Assembly: GCA_963790475.1 (NCBI GenBank)
Contig: CAWBOS010000004.1
Coordinates: 1-41,561, forward strand
DNA: 41,561 nucleotides
Reading direction: 5' to 3'
Origin: an uncultured delta proteobacterium
GTDB taxonomy: Bacteria > Desulfobacterota > RBG-13-43-22
The notes under the pieces were generated by a model. The model had not been told where the DNA came from, did no database searches, and saw only the letters and a list, made by a program, of their open reading frames with translations. Within the stretch, counting starts at the first letter, position 1. Each line of letters opens with the position of its first letter. Below are positions 28,210 through 36,387 of this stretch, one piece after another. A program made the translations under genes and the position numbers.

Positions 28210-29232
28210 ATGAAATTCAAAAGCCTTAATAAAGAGACCGTCCTCTTGACCACCCAAAAGGATAGGACCGAGCAGCATATCTCCAGTGAAATCCGTTTCG
28301 ACCCCTTGACCGGTCGGACCGCCAGGATTTGCCATTTTATGAAACTTCATTGGGAGAAACCCGATTTCGAGGCCCTGGTTGCCGGGACCGAGGACTGGTG
28401 TCCGTTTTGCGCGGACAAGGTGCTGACCGTGACCCCCTGTTTTCCCAAAGAACTCATTGCCGAAGGTCGAATGCAAAAAGACGACATGGTCATCTTCCCC
28501 AACAACGCCCCTTACGACAGTATCGGGGCCGTGGCTACCTTCGGCTCCCGTCACTATATCCCTATGACGGCTTTTAAGCCGGAGCACCTGGCTTCGGCCT
28601 TCGGCTTTGCGCTGGACTTTTTCAGTCGCATCGAAAACACCGGTCATCCGGAATCCGTGTATCACCTGATCAACTGGAACTATATGCCGCCGGCCGGAAG
28701 TTCTCTCATCCACCCCCATCTGCAGGTCTTTTCCACATCCTCCGCCCCCAATCTGATGCGGCAGGAACTGGAAGCCTCAAAGCATTACCTGGATCTCCAC
28801 CGATCCAACTTCTGGGACGATCTGGTGGTTGCCGAAAGGCAATCCAATAAACGCTATCTGGGGAAGATCGGTCGATCGCACTGGATGACGGCCTTTGCCC
28901 CTATGGGCGTGGCTGGGGATGTGCTGGCGGTCCTGGAAGAAGACAGGTGCACGCTGGACCTCAACGCGCAGGATCTTTTGGACCTGGGCACCGGTTTGGT
29001 AAAAGTCATCACCGAATACGATAAAATGGGGATCTACAGCTTTAACATGAATTTTTTCACCGGGACGAAAGCCGATGGCCATTTCCGCTTTCACCTGCTC
29101 TTTTCACCCCGCACCTTCTTCAGTCAGAAACTGGGAACGCCGGATGTCGGGGCCTTGCGCAACCTGTTCAATGAAACCCTGTGCATGGCCTACCCGGAGG
29201 AGATCAATAAATTGCTGAAGAAAGGTTTTTAG
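28210..29232 (+). CDS. GalT/HIT-superfamily nucleotidyltransferase
   Basis: EIRFDPLTG, CPFC, FPN, AGSSLIHPHLQ. Confidence 0.8.
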   Translation: MKFKSLNKETVLLTTQKDRTEQHISSEIRFDPLTGRTARICHFMKLHWEKPDFEALVAGTEDWCPFCADKVLTVTPCFPKELIAEGRMQKDDMVIFPNNAPYDSIGAVATFGSRHYIPMTAFKPEHLASAFGFALDFFSRIENTGHPESVYHLINWNYMPPAGSSLIHPHLQVFSTSSAPNLMRQELEASKHYLDLHRSNFWDDLVVAERQSNKRYLGKIGRSHWMTAFAPMGVAGDVLAVLEEDRCTLDLNAQDLLDLGTGLVKVITEYDKMGIYSFNMNFFTGTKADGHFRFHLLFSPRTFFSQKLGTPDVGALRNLFNETLCMAYPEEINKLLKKGF

Positions 29233-29361
29233 ACCCCTCTCCCTTCTTGGATTGTTTTTGACTATGCTTCCCTGAAGTCCTATCAATATTTCCTATTTGC
29301 ATTATAGGTCTGAAATCATTAAGATCGTTTTCAATTATTTTGGAAATGACCTTAAATTCCC

Positions 29362-29529
29362 ATGTTGGTTAAAAGCAATTTTTTGAATTCCCTTTTTTTG
29401 CCCTTATCCTGGCCCCCCTTTTTGATACGCCTGGCTCTGGGGCTTGTTTTTATTTATGCCGGCACCGTCAAACTGTCAGCCCACAGGGCCTTTGCCCGGA
29501 TTATTTCCCGGCGAATTGTCTTTAAATAA
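29362..29529 (+). pseudogene. Truncated MauE/DoxX-family membrane protein
   Basis: LIRLALGLVFIYAGTVKL...FARII first-helix motif; stops after 55 codons. Confidence 0.6.
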
Positions 29530-29587
29530 AAAACCTCGGTTGGAATCATATCTCATCTATTAACAAATGAATAATGGAGGATAGTCT

Positions 29588-30862
29588 ATGTCTACACCTT
29601 ATGATGCCATGTGGGAAAAATTGAACTTGGACTTGGATGCCCATGCCGGATTATTGGAGGTCTTGGGAAAATTTTACGGTGATATTTATTTGAGTCAGTC
29701 CGGTCGGCTGAAAGGAATGGAATACCTGGACTTTGTCCTGTCCGAGGTCCATGGCCTGCGCATTAAGGAACTTCAGGAGGCCAAGGCCCGGGGGAAAAAG
29801 GTGATCGGAACCTTTTGTGTGTTCATCCCTGAGGAAATCGTCCTGGCCGCCGATGCTATCCAGGTGGGTTTGTGTGCCGGGGCCGAGGCCGGGCAAGAAG
29901 CGGCCGAAAAGGTCCTGCCCCGCAATACCTGCGCTTTGATCAAATCCTTTGTAGGCTTTAAGTTGTCCAAACTTTGCCCCTACATCGAATCCAGTGACCT
30001 GGTCGTGGGGGAAACCACTTGTGACGGGAAAAAGAAGGCCTATGAAATTTTTGCCGACTATGCCCCGGTCTATGTGATGGAAATCCCGCAGATGAAAAAC
30101 GCCTGCGACCGGGACCTCTGGAAAACCGAGGTCTTGCGTTTTAAGGACAAGATCGAGGAGATCACCGGTAAAACCATTACCGCCGATAAGCTGAAAGCCG
30201 CCATTAAATTAGTCAATGAACGCCGGCGGGTCCTGCAGCGGTTAAATCGTTTGCGGGCGGCTGTTCCCACCCCCATTTCCGGTCGGGATGTTATTTTAGC
30301 CAATCAGATCAGCTTTTATGATGACCCGGTTCGCTTTACCGCCAAGATCAGCGAATTGTGCGATGAGTTGGAAAAGCGGGTTAAGGCCGGAGAAGGAATC
30401 GTCCCCAAGAAAACGCCTCGCCTTATGCTTTCCGGATGCCCCATGGCCGTACCGAACTGGAAGTTGCCCTTCGTCGTCGAATCCTCCGGGGCGGTCATCG
30501 TCGGAGAAGAGTCTTGTATCGGAACCCGCAACACCCGTGATCTGGTGGATGAATCGGGACAAACGTTGGAGGCCATGCTGGACGCCCTGGTAGAACGCTA
30601 TATGCGGATCGATTGTGCCTGCTTTACTCCCAACAACGAACGCCTGGACCATATCGTCGAGATGGCCAAGGATCTGAAGGTCAACGGGGTTATTCATTAT
30701 GCCTTATCCTTTTGTCAGCCTTATGCCATGGAGACTTATAAGGTGGAAAAAGCCCTGCAAAAGGCACAAATTCCTATGCTGCCCATTGAAACCGATTACA
30801 GCATGGAAGATGTGGAGCAGTTGAAGACCCGGGTGGAGGCCTTTGTGGAGATGGTTCGGTAA
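29588..30862 (+). CDS. Double-cubane [8Fe-9S] cluster protein (DCCP; 2-hydroxyacyl-CoA dehydratase fold)
   Basis: MWEKLNLDLDAH, VHGLRIKEL, TFCVFIPEE, GLC, PRNTCALIKS, ETTCDGKKK, ESC, CAC and FC; matches my recollection of Carboxydothermus DCCP. Confidence 0.8.
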   Translation: MSTPYDAMWEKLNLDLDAHAGLLEVLGKFYGDIYLSQSGRLKGMEYLDFVLSEVHGLRIKELQEAKARGKKVIGTFCVFIPEEIVLAADAIQVGLCAGAEAGQEAAEKVLPRNTCALIKSFVGFKLSKLCPYIESSDLVVGETTCDGKKKAYEIFADYAPVYVMEIPQMKNACDRDLWKTEVLRFKDKIEEITGKTITADKLKAAIKLVNERRRVLQRLNRLRAAVPTPISGRDVILANQISFYDDPVRFTAKISELCDELEKRVKAGEGIVPKKTPRLMLSGCPMAVPNWKLPFVVESSGAVIVGEESCIGTRNTRDLVDESGQTLEAMLDALVERYMRIDCACFTPNNERLDHIVEMAKDLKVNGVIHYALSFCQPYAMETYKVEKALQKAQIPMLPIETDYSMEDVEQLKTRVEAFVEMVR

Positions 30863-30874
30863 TAGATTTTGAAT

Positions 30875-31648
30875 ATGATAATCCGAGGAAGCATAGCAGG
30901 CATCGATATAGGGTCCCGGTCTATAGAACTGGCGGTCATGAATGAAAATCATGTTTTACACGAGGCCAAAGTACCGACGACCTTTGATCCTCTGGGCCAG
31001 TGCCGGAAAATTATGAAGGGAATTACCGCTGATCATATTGTTGCCACGGGATACGGACGGAGACTTTTTGCCGAATCCTGCAGGGATCAGGCTGTTCAAA
31101 CGGTGACTGAAATTCAGGCCTATGCCCTTGGGGCCAGATATTTATTTCCGGAGGTGAGGACTGTGCTCGATATCGGAGGGCAGGACACCAAGGTCATTCT
31201 CTTGGGTAAAAATGGAAAGGTCTCCAAATTTGAAATGAATGACCGATGTGCGGCCGGAACAGGAAAGTTTTTGGAATTTATGGCCACGGCCCTGCAAATT
31301 CCTCTGGATACTTTTGGGGATTTCGCCCTCCGGGCAGATAAAAGAATACAGATCAGCAGTATGTGCACTGTCTTTGCGGAAAGTGAGGCCACCTCCTTGA
31401 TGGCCTGTGGAGAGCGCCCGGAAAATATTGCTATGGGACTCCATTCAGCCATTGTTCAACGAACCCTGTCCATGCTCGGACGGGTGGGAAGGGAAGCCCC
31501 CCTGGTCTTCGCCGGAGGGGTGGCCCATAACTCTTGTGTCCGATCTTTAATGGCAGAAGGGCTGAAATTTCTGCCACTGATTCCTGAAAATCCCGACATG
31601 GTCGGGGCCATTGGAGCGGCCCTGTTTGGAAACGGCAGTTCATTGTAA
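30875..31648 (+). CDS. ATP-dependent [4Fe-4S] activase (DCCP reductase, HgdC/BadF type)
   Basis: GIDIGS, ATGYGR, LDIGGQDTK, MNDRCAAGTGKF, CTVFAESE, GGVA. Confidence 0.9.
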   Translation: MIIRGSIAGIDIGSRSIELAVMNENHVLHEAKVPTTFDPLGQCRKIMKGITADHIVATGYGRRLFAESCRDQAVQTVTEIQAYALGARYLFPEVRTVLDIGGQDTKVILLGKNGKVSKFEMNDRCAAGTGKFLEFMATALQIPLDTFGDFALRADKRIQISSMCTVFAESEATSLMACGERPENIAMGLHSAIVQRTLSMLGRVGREAPLVFAGGVAHNSCVRSLMAEGLKFLPLIPENPDMVGAIGAALFGNGSSL

Positions 31649-32094
31649 TCAGTTTAAGAGGTTCCCATTCAATCAATCCAGCGTATATGAAAGAAAAAGA
31701 TGACCTGGCATATCCCTAATCACCCTATCGGAACCGCCTGCGACTTAAAAAACGATTTCTGAGAATGATTCCAGGAGGGCTATTCCAGACAAAAATTTTC
31801 CAACTCCCCCCAAATTCTCCCCAAGACTTCTGATTGCCTATCTTGATTCTTCTGTTTCTGGCGGCCCACCGCCTTAGGCAGATTGGCAAAGAAATAAGCC
31901 TCATGCAGGGGGTGGGCCCGTAACACTCAAAACCCGGGACCAGGATGATGAATCCCTGCTAGTCCGCGGGTTGATGCGCGCCTTCCTGCCGCTCCGGCGC
32001 AATTATTTAAAGGCTTTGACCAGGGACAAATCTTTGCTATGATTGAGGCGGTATAAAGACCAATGCCAATTTTTCAGTTACCGAAGATTTAATT

Positions 32095-32823
32095 ATGGGA
32101 AAAGAAATTGGGGATTATTCTTTAATCATTCTGGCCGGCGGCCGGTCCTCACGGATGGGGACGCCCAAGGGTTTGTTGGATTATCACGGACACCCCTGGC
32201 TGGTGGAGCAGCTTGAGCGCTTCAAGGCCGCTTCCGGGAAGCGGGTGATAATCGTCCTGGGCTTTTATTATGAACAGTACTTTGAACAAATGCCCTGGTT
32301 ACGGGAAGCAGAAAAAGGACCAATAGACCAACTCGGACTGAAAATTTCAACAACCATTAATCCGAACCCCGAACACGGCCAGTTCTCTTCCCTGCAGTGC
32401 GCCGTTGCATCGTTAAAAAATAAACCCTCGAGTTTGGCTGCACGCCGAACGCCGAACGCCGAACGTTTTTTCATTTTTGAAAAATTACCCGGAGCCTTTA
32501 TCCTCCCCATCGATGTCCCCTGTCCGGGGGAAGAGGTCTTTCAAAAATTGGCTGAGGACTTCAGCCCTTCGATTGACGCGGTTATTCCCCGATATCAATC
32601 CAAGGGTGGACATCCTGTTTTCCTTGGCGGTGATTTCCTTAGCCGCCTGGCCGAAGTCCCTCTCACATCCCCTTTTGCCCGTCTCGATCTGCAAATTCAA
32701 TCCCTTCCTGAAGATCGAATAGCGCTGGTTTCTGTCAATGATAAGAGCATCAGTTTGAATATGAATTCGATGAACGAGTTTCAGAACTATGCCCAAACAG
32801 AGAAAGAGTCATTCAAGACTTAG
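32095..32823 (+). CDS. MobA/MocA-like NTP transferase
   Basis: IILAGGRSSRMGTPKGLL, NPNPEHGQFSSL, PIDVP, GGHPV. Confidence 0.85.
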   Translation: MGKEIGDYSLIILAGGRSSRMGTPKGLLDYHGHPWLVEQLERFKAASGKRVIIVLGFYYEQYFEQMPWLREAEKGPIDQLGLKISTTINPNPEHGQFSSLQCAVASLKNKPSSLAARRTPNAERFFIFEKLPGAFILPIDVPCPGEEVFQKLAEDFSPSIDAVIPRYQSKGGHPVFLGGDFLSRLAEVPLTSPFARLDLQIQSLPEDRIALVSVNDKSISLNMNSMNEFQNYAQTEKESFKT

Positions 32824-32844
32824 ATTTCGCGTTCCAACTTTCTA

Positions 32845-32889
32845 TTGACTTGGTTAAGTACCTCTGATATGGTTCCAAAATGGTTCCAA
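32845..32889 (+). promoter_or_regulatory. Putative TA promoter with direct-repeat operator
   Basis: TTGACT-17 bp-TATGGT overlapped by ATGGTTCCAA x2. Confidence 0.55.
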
Positions 32890-32909
32890 TATATTTCTGA
32901 GGAGTTTTT

Positions 32910-33149
32910 ATGGCCACCATTACCGTAAAGAATATTCCGGACAACCTTTATGAGGAAATCAAAAAAAAGGCCAAGTATCACCGGCGGAGTCTTAACAAGG
33001 AGATCATCTTCTGCCTTGAATCAGCAACCGGAAGGGAACCGGTTGATGTAGACTCCCTGATTAACCAGGCCCGTCATCTAAGGGAAAAAATCACATTCCG
33101 CATTTCTCAAAAGGAATTGTCCTTACTGAAAAAGGCGGGACGACCTTGA
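32910..33149 (+). CDS. FitA/Arc-like ribbon-helix-helix antitoxin
   Basis: MATITVKNIPDNLY...HRRSLNKEII; ends GRP with its stop overlapping the toxin start. Confidence 0.85.
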   Translation: MATITVKNIPDNLYEEIKKKAKYHRRSLNKEIIFCLESATGREPVDVDSLINQARHLREKITFRISQKELSLLKKAGRP

Positions 33150-33548
33150 TTGTCGTTGATACCAATATCATTGCTTACCTCTGGATTCCGGGTGATTTTA
33201 CAGTTCAAGCCGAAAAAGCTCTCCGCAAGGACGCAGACTGGTGTGCCCCTCTGCTTTGGAGATTCTGAATTTCGAAATATTCTGGCCGGCTTTCTGCGCA
33301 GCAAAAAACTTTCTTTGGAAACAGCCTTTCAAATTTTGGAGGGGGCCGAGTCTCACATGAAAGAAAGAGAATTTGCAGTTGCTTCCCATCAGATTTTGAA
33401 TTTGGTGCTTTCTTCCGCTTGTTCCGTCTATGACTGCGAATTTGTAGCCTTGGCCGAAAATATAAGGATTCCCCTGGTTACTACGGACAGGCAAATTCTA
33501 AGAGATTTCCCTGCCATTGCCGTTCCTTTGGAAAAATTTATCACCTAA
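33146..33548 (+). CDS. VapC/PIN toxin, frameshifted by +1 near 33263
   Basis: TTG start MIVVDTNIIAYL...APLLWR, then SEFRNILA...YDCEFVALA...LVTTD in the next frame. Confidence 0.8.
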
Positions 33549-33589
33549 TATTCACCCAAATATGGTGCCGGGACACTTACGAACTGAAT

Positions 33590-35095
33590 ATGCAATTTAG
33601 ACCCACTATCCCCTCTCCCCAACGGGCCCCCCTGCCCAGGAAGCTGAAAACCTTTTTCTTCCTTTCCCTTGGCCTATGGCTTTTTTTCCTGGGTCTGTGG
33701 ACCTATCAATCCTATCACCCTCAAGCCGGCAGGGTCACCGGGGACCCGGCTCCACAAAGAATTCTGCTCCAGGATTCCGAAGACTGGATGTCCATCTATT
33801 TCAACAAGCAAAAAATCGGTTACTCCCATACGGTCAAGCAACGTTCGTCCGAGGGATATGTTATCAGCCAGGATCTTTTCTTAAGACTTATGGTCCTGGG
33901 ATTTCCCCGTCAGATGCATCTAACCTATACCGCCTCCCTGGCCTCCGATTTTTCATTAAAAGATTTCGATTTTAAAATGAGTTCCGGTTACCTGGTTTTT
34001 TTCATCAAGGGTACCCTGGAAAAATCCAATTTAAAATTGACCGGCGATCTGATGGGCCAATCCCAAGCCCATAATCTTCTTCTAAAGGAGCCCCCCCAAC
34101 TTCCCCTGACCCTCCCTTACCAGGTCTATAGGGCCCAAATGAAACCTGGAGATCGAACCTCTTTTTCTCTTTTCGACCCGGTCCTGATGGCCCCCCAGCC
34201 GGTCACCATCCAGGCCGGCCCCACGGAGGTACTGACCCTGGAGGATGGAGTGCATTCGGGACAACGTTTTGACATGATTTTTCAGGGTACCAGAATGACG
34301 GTCTGGATCGATTATAAAGGCCGGGTCTTGAAAGAAGAAGGTTTAATGGGATTTCGTCTGGTTCGGTCCACTCCGGAAAAAGCCCGCAAGATGGATCAAG
34401 GTTCAGGCCCTGATTTGGCAACAGAGATGTCCATCCCGGTCCGGAATCCTCCTGATCCAAAAACCGTTAAAAAAATAATACTCGATCTTTCACCGGCCCT
34501 TCCCGATATTCCTCAAACCGAAGGCCGGCAAAGGGTCTCTGGAAGCCGGGTAACACTTGAACGAGGCTCTTTGACACCGGATGACACCTATACTCTTCCT
34601 TATCAACGGGGAGATCGAGACCGGTATCTGGCCGACCATCCGGCCTTGTCCCTGAAAGACCCCCGCCTGCAAAAAGCGCTGAAGGAGGCCCTGGGTGATG
34701 AAAAGGACGCTCACCGGGCCGTCGTTCGTTTAAACACCTGGGTCTTTCGTCTATTAAAAAAAACACCCACCCTGTCTATTCCCCGGGCCGTGGAAATACT
34801 AAGCCGGCGGGAAGGGGATTGCAATGAACACGCCACTTTGCTCTTGGCCTTGCTACGGGCCGCGGGGATTCCCTCCCGTATGGTCCTGGGGGTCACCCTG
34901 TTGCGAGATCGTTTTTTCTATCATGCCTGGGTGGAAGCCTATATAGGACTTAAGTGGATCAGTCTCGACCCGACCTTTAATCAGGCCCCGGCCGATGTCA
35001 CCCATCTGAAATTGGCGGAAGGATTGGAGGAAGGGATGGCTTCTCTAATGCCCATCATCGGAAAATTGAAAATTGAGATCGAGTCTGCGTTGTGA
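33590..35095 (+). CDS. Membrane-anchored transglutaminase-like protein
   Basis: N-terminal hydrophobic helix; GDCNEHA, HAWVE and LDPT triad. Confidence 0.85.
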   Translation: MQFRPTIPSPQRAPLPRKLKTFFFLSLGLWLFFLGLWTYQSYHPQAGRVTGDPAPQRILLQDSEDWMSIYFNKQKIGYSHTVKQRSSEGYVISQDLFLRLMVLGFPRQMHLTYTASLASDFSLKDFDFKMSSGYLVFFIKGTLEKSNLKLTGDLMGQSQAHNLLLKEPPQLPLTLPYQVYRAQMKPGDRTSFSLFDPVLMAPQPVTIQAGPTEVLTLEDGVHSGQRFDMIFQGTRMTVWIDYKGRVLKEEGLMGFRLVRSTPEKARKMDQGSGPDLATEMSIPVRNPPDPKTVKKIILDLSPALPDIPQTEGRQRVSGSRVTLERGSLTPDDTYTLPYQRGDRDRYLADHPALSLKDPRLQKALKEALGDEKDAHRAVVRLNTWVFRLLKKTPTLSIPRAVEILSRREGDCNEHATLLLALLRAAGIPSRMVLGVTLLRDRFFYHAWVEAYIGLKWISLDPTFNQAPADVTHLKLAEGLEEGMASLMPIIGKLKIEIESAL

Positions 35096-35209
35096 AGATT
35101 TGGCAACTACGCCTCAAGATATTATTCGAATTGAAGCCCTTAGGGAATTAGTGTAATAAGTAGCACTTGCGAACAAATGTCCACAAAATATGGATAGTGC
35201 AATATTTCA

Positions 35210-35333
35210 AGGTTGATCAAAAATGCCCAGATGCGAGGCCCCCGAAGGTCAGAGGAGTGAAGCGTACTTTGCTGTACGCTGCAACGACGAGGAACGAGGG
35301 AAACAAAGCAGATGGGTATTTTTCATCGACCGG
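35210..35333. repeat. Structured repeat, family C
   Basis: Homologous to 18814..18938. Confidence 0.8.
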
Positions 35334-35341
35334 ATCAACTT

Positions 35342-36085
35342 ATGATACGGATTAACCACCTCACCAAACAATTCGGTCCGCTGACCGCGGTTGATAATCT
35401 TTCTCTGGAGGTGTCTCCCGGAGAAATCTTCGGATTTCTGGGTCCCAACGGGGCCGGCAAGACAACGACCCTGAAAATCATGGCCGGGGTTCTGGCCCCC
35501 ACAACCGGAGATGTGGAAATTTCGGGATTCTCCGTTCTTAAAGATCCCTCCCGGGCCAAAGCCCTGACCGGCTACATCCCCGACCGGCCTTACTTGTATG
35601 ACAAACTCACCGGTTTGGAATTCCTTCATTTTGTCGGGGGCCTTTACGGGCTCCTGCCCCAAGAGACCGACAGCGAGATAGAGGAACGGCTGAACTTGTT
35701 TGATCTCTGGGACTGGCGAAATGAACTGATTGAGAGCTTTTCCCACGGGATGAAGCAACGACTGATCATCTGCTCGGCCCTGATGCACCACCCCCGCTGC
35801 TTGATCGTTGACGAACCGATGGTGGGCTTGGACCCTAAAGGAGTCCGGATCGTGAAGCGACTTTTTCAGAAAGAAAGCGCCCGGGGAATGACTATTTTCC
35901 TTTCAACACATACCCTGTCCACGGCGCAGGAGATTTGCGGGCGGATCGGAATCATCCAAAAGGGAGCCCTGATTGCCCTCGGTTCCCTGGAGTCCTTTTC
36001 CAAGGAGGCGGACTGGAAGGCCAAGGGACTCGAAGACCTTTTCTTGAAGCTGACCGGAGATGTGGATGAGGAGTCTCTTGATTGA
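35342..36085 (+). CDS. ABC transporter ATP-binding protein
   Basis: GPNGAGKTT, FSHGMKQR, LIVDEP, STH. Confidence 0.93.
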   Translation: MIRINHLTKQFGPLTAVDNLSLEVSPGEIFGFLGPNGAGKTTTLKIMAGVLAPTTGDVEISGFSVLKDPSRAKALTGYIPDRPYLYDKLTGLEFLHFVGGLYGLLPQETDSEIEERLNLFDLWDWRNELIESFSHGMKQRLIICSALMHHPRCLIVDEPMVGLDPKGVRIVKRLFQKESARGMTIFLSTHTLSTAQEICGRIGIIQKGALIALGSLESFSKEADWKAKGLEDLFLKLTGDVDEESLD

Positions 36086-36118
36086 CCTTTTGATCAGAAA
36101 TATTTGAAATATTGTCTT

Positions 36119-36295
36119 TGCGGGTTACGAGTGATGGACTCGCAAAAAATCGTCACCCCGGCCAAAGCCGGGGTCCAGGAGATCAAAACTACTTAAAATC
36201 ACTGGATTCCGGCTGGAGTCTATCCCGCACTCGATGCGGGACCGGAATGACTAATGCGGGTTTCGGTGACTTTTTGCGAGTTGCGGGTTGCGGGT
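36119..36295. repeat. Family A element with outer inverted repeat (36137..36282) nested in a TGCGGGT heptamer array
   Basis: tgcgggttacgagt-gatggACTCGCAAAAA...[family A]...TTTTTGCGAGT-tgcgggttgcgggt. Confidence 0.8.
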
Positions 36296-36387
36296 CCTTA
36301 GAGACCAGGTTTCAATTTCCAAACTCACTACCAATAATCCGTACCCATAACAATATCTTATATATAAATTCTCAGATAATGGTTTAT

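Noticed and set aside
36112-36387. 92-aa N-terminal extension of the ABC permease
   Set aside because: It is translated repeat DNA; the likely start is ATG 36388.
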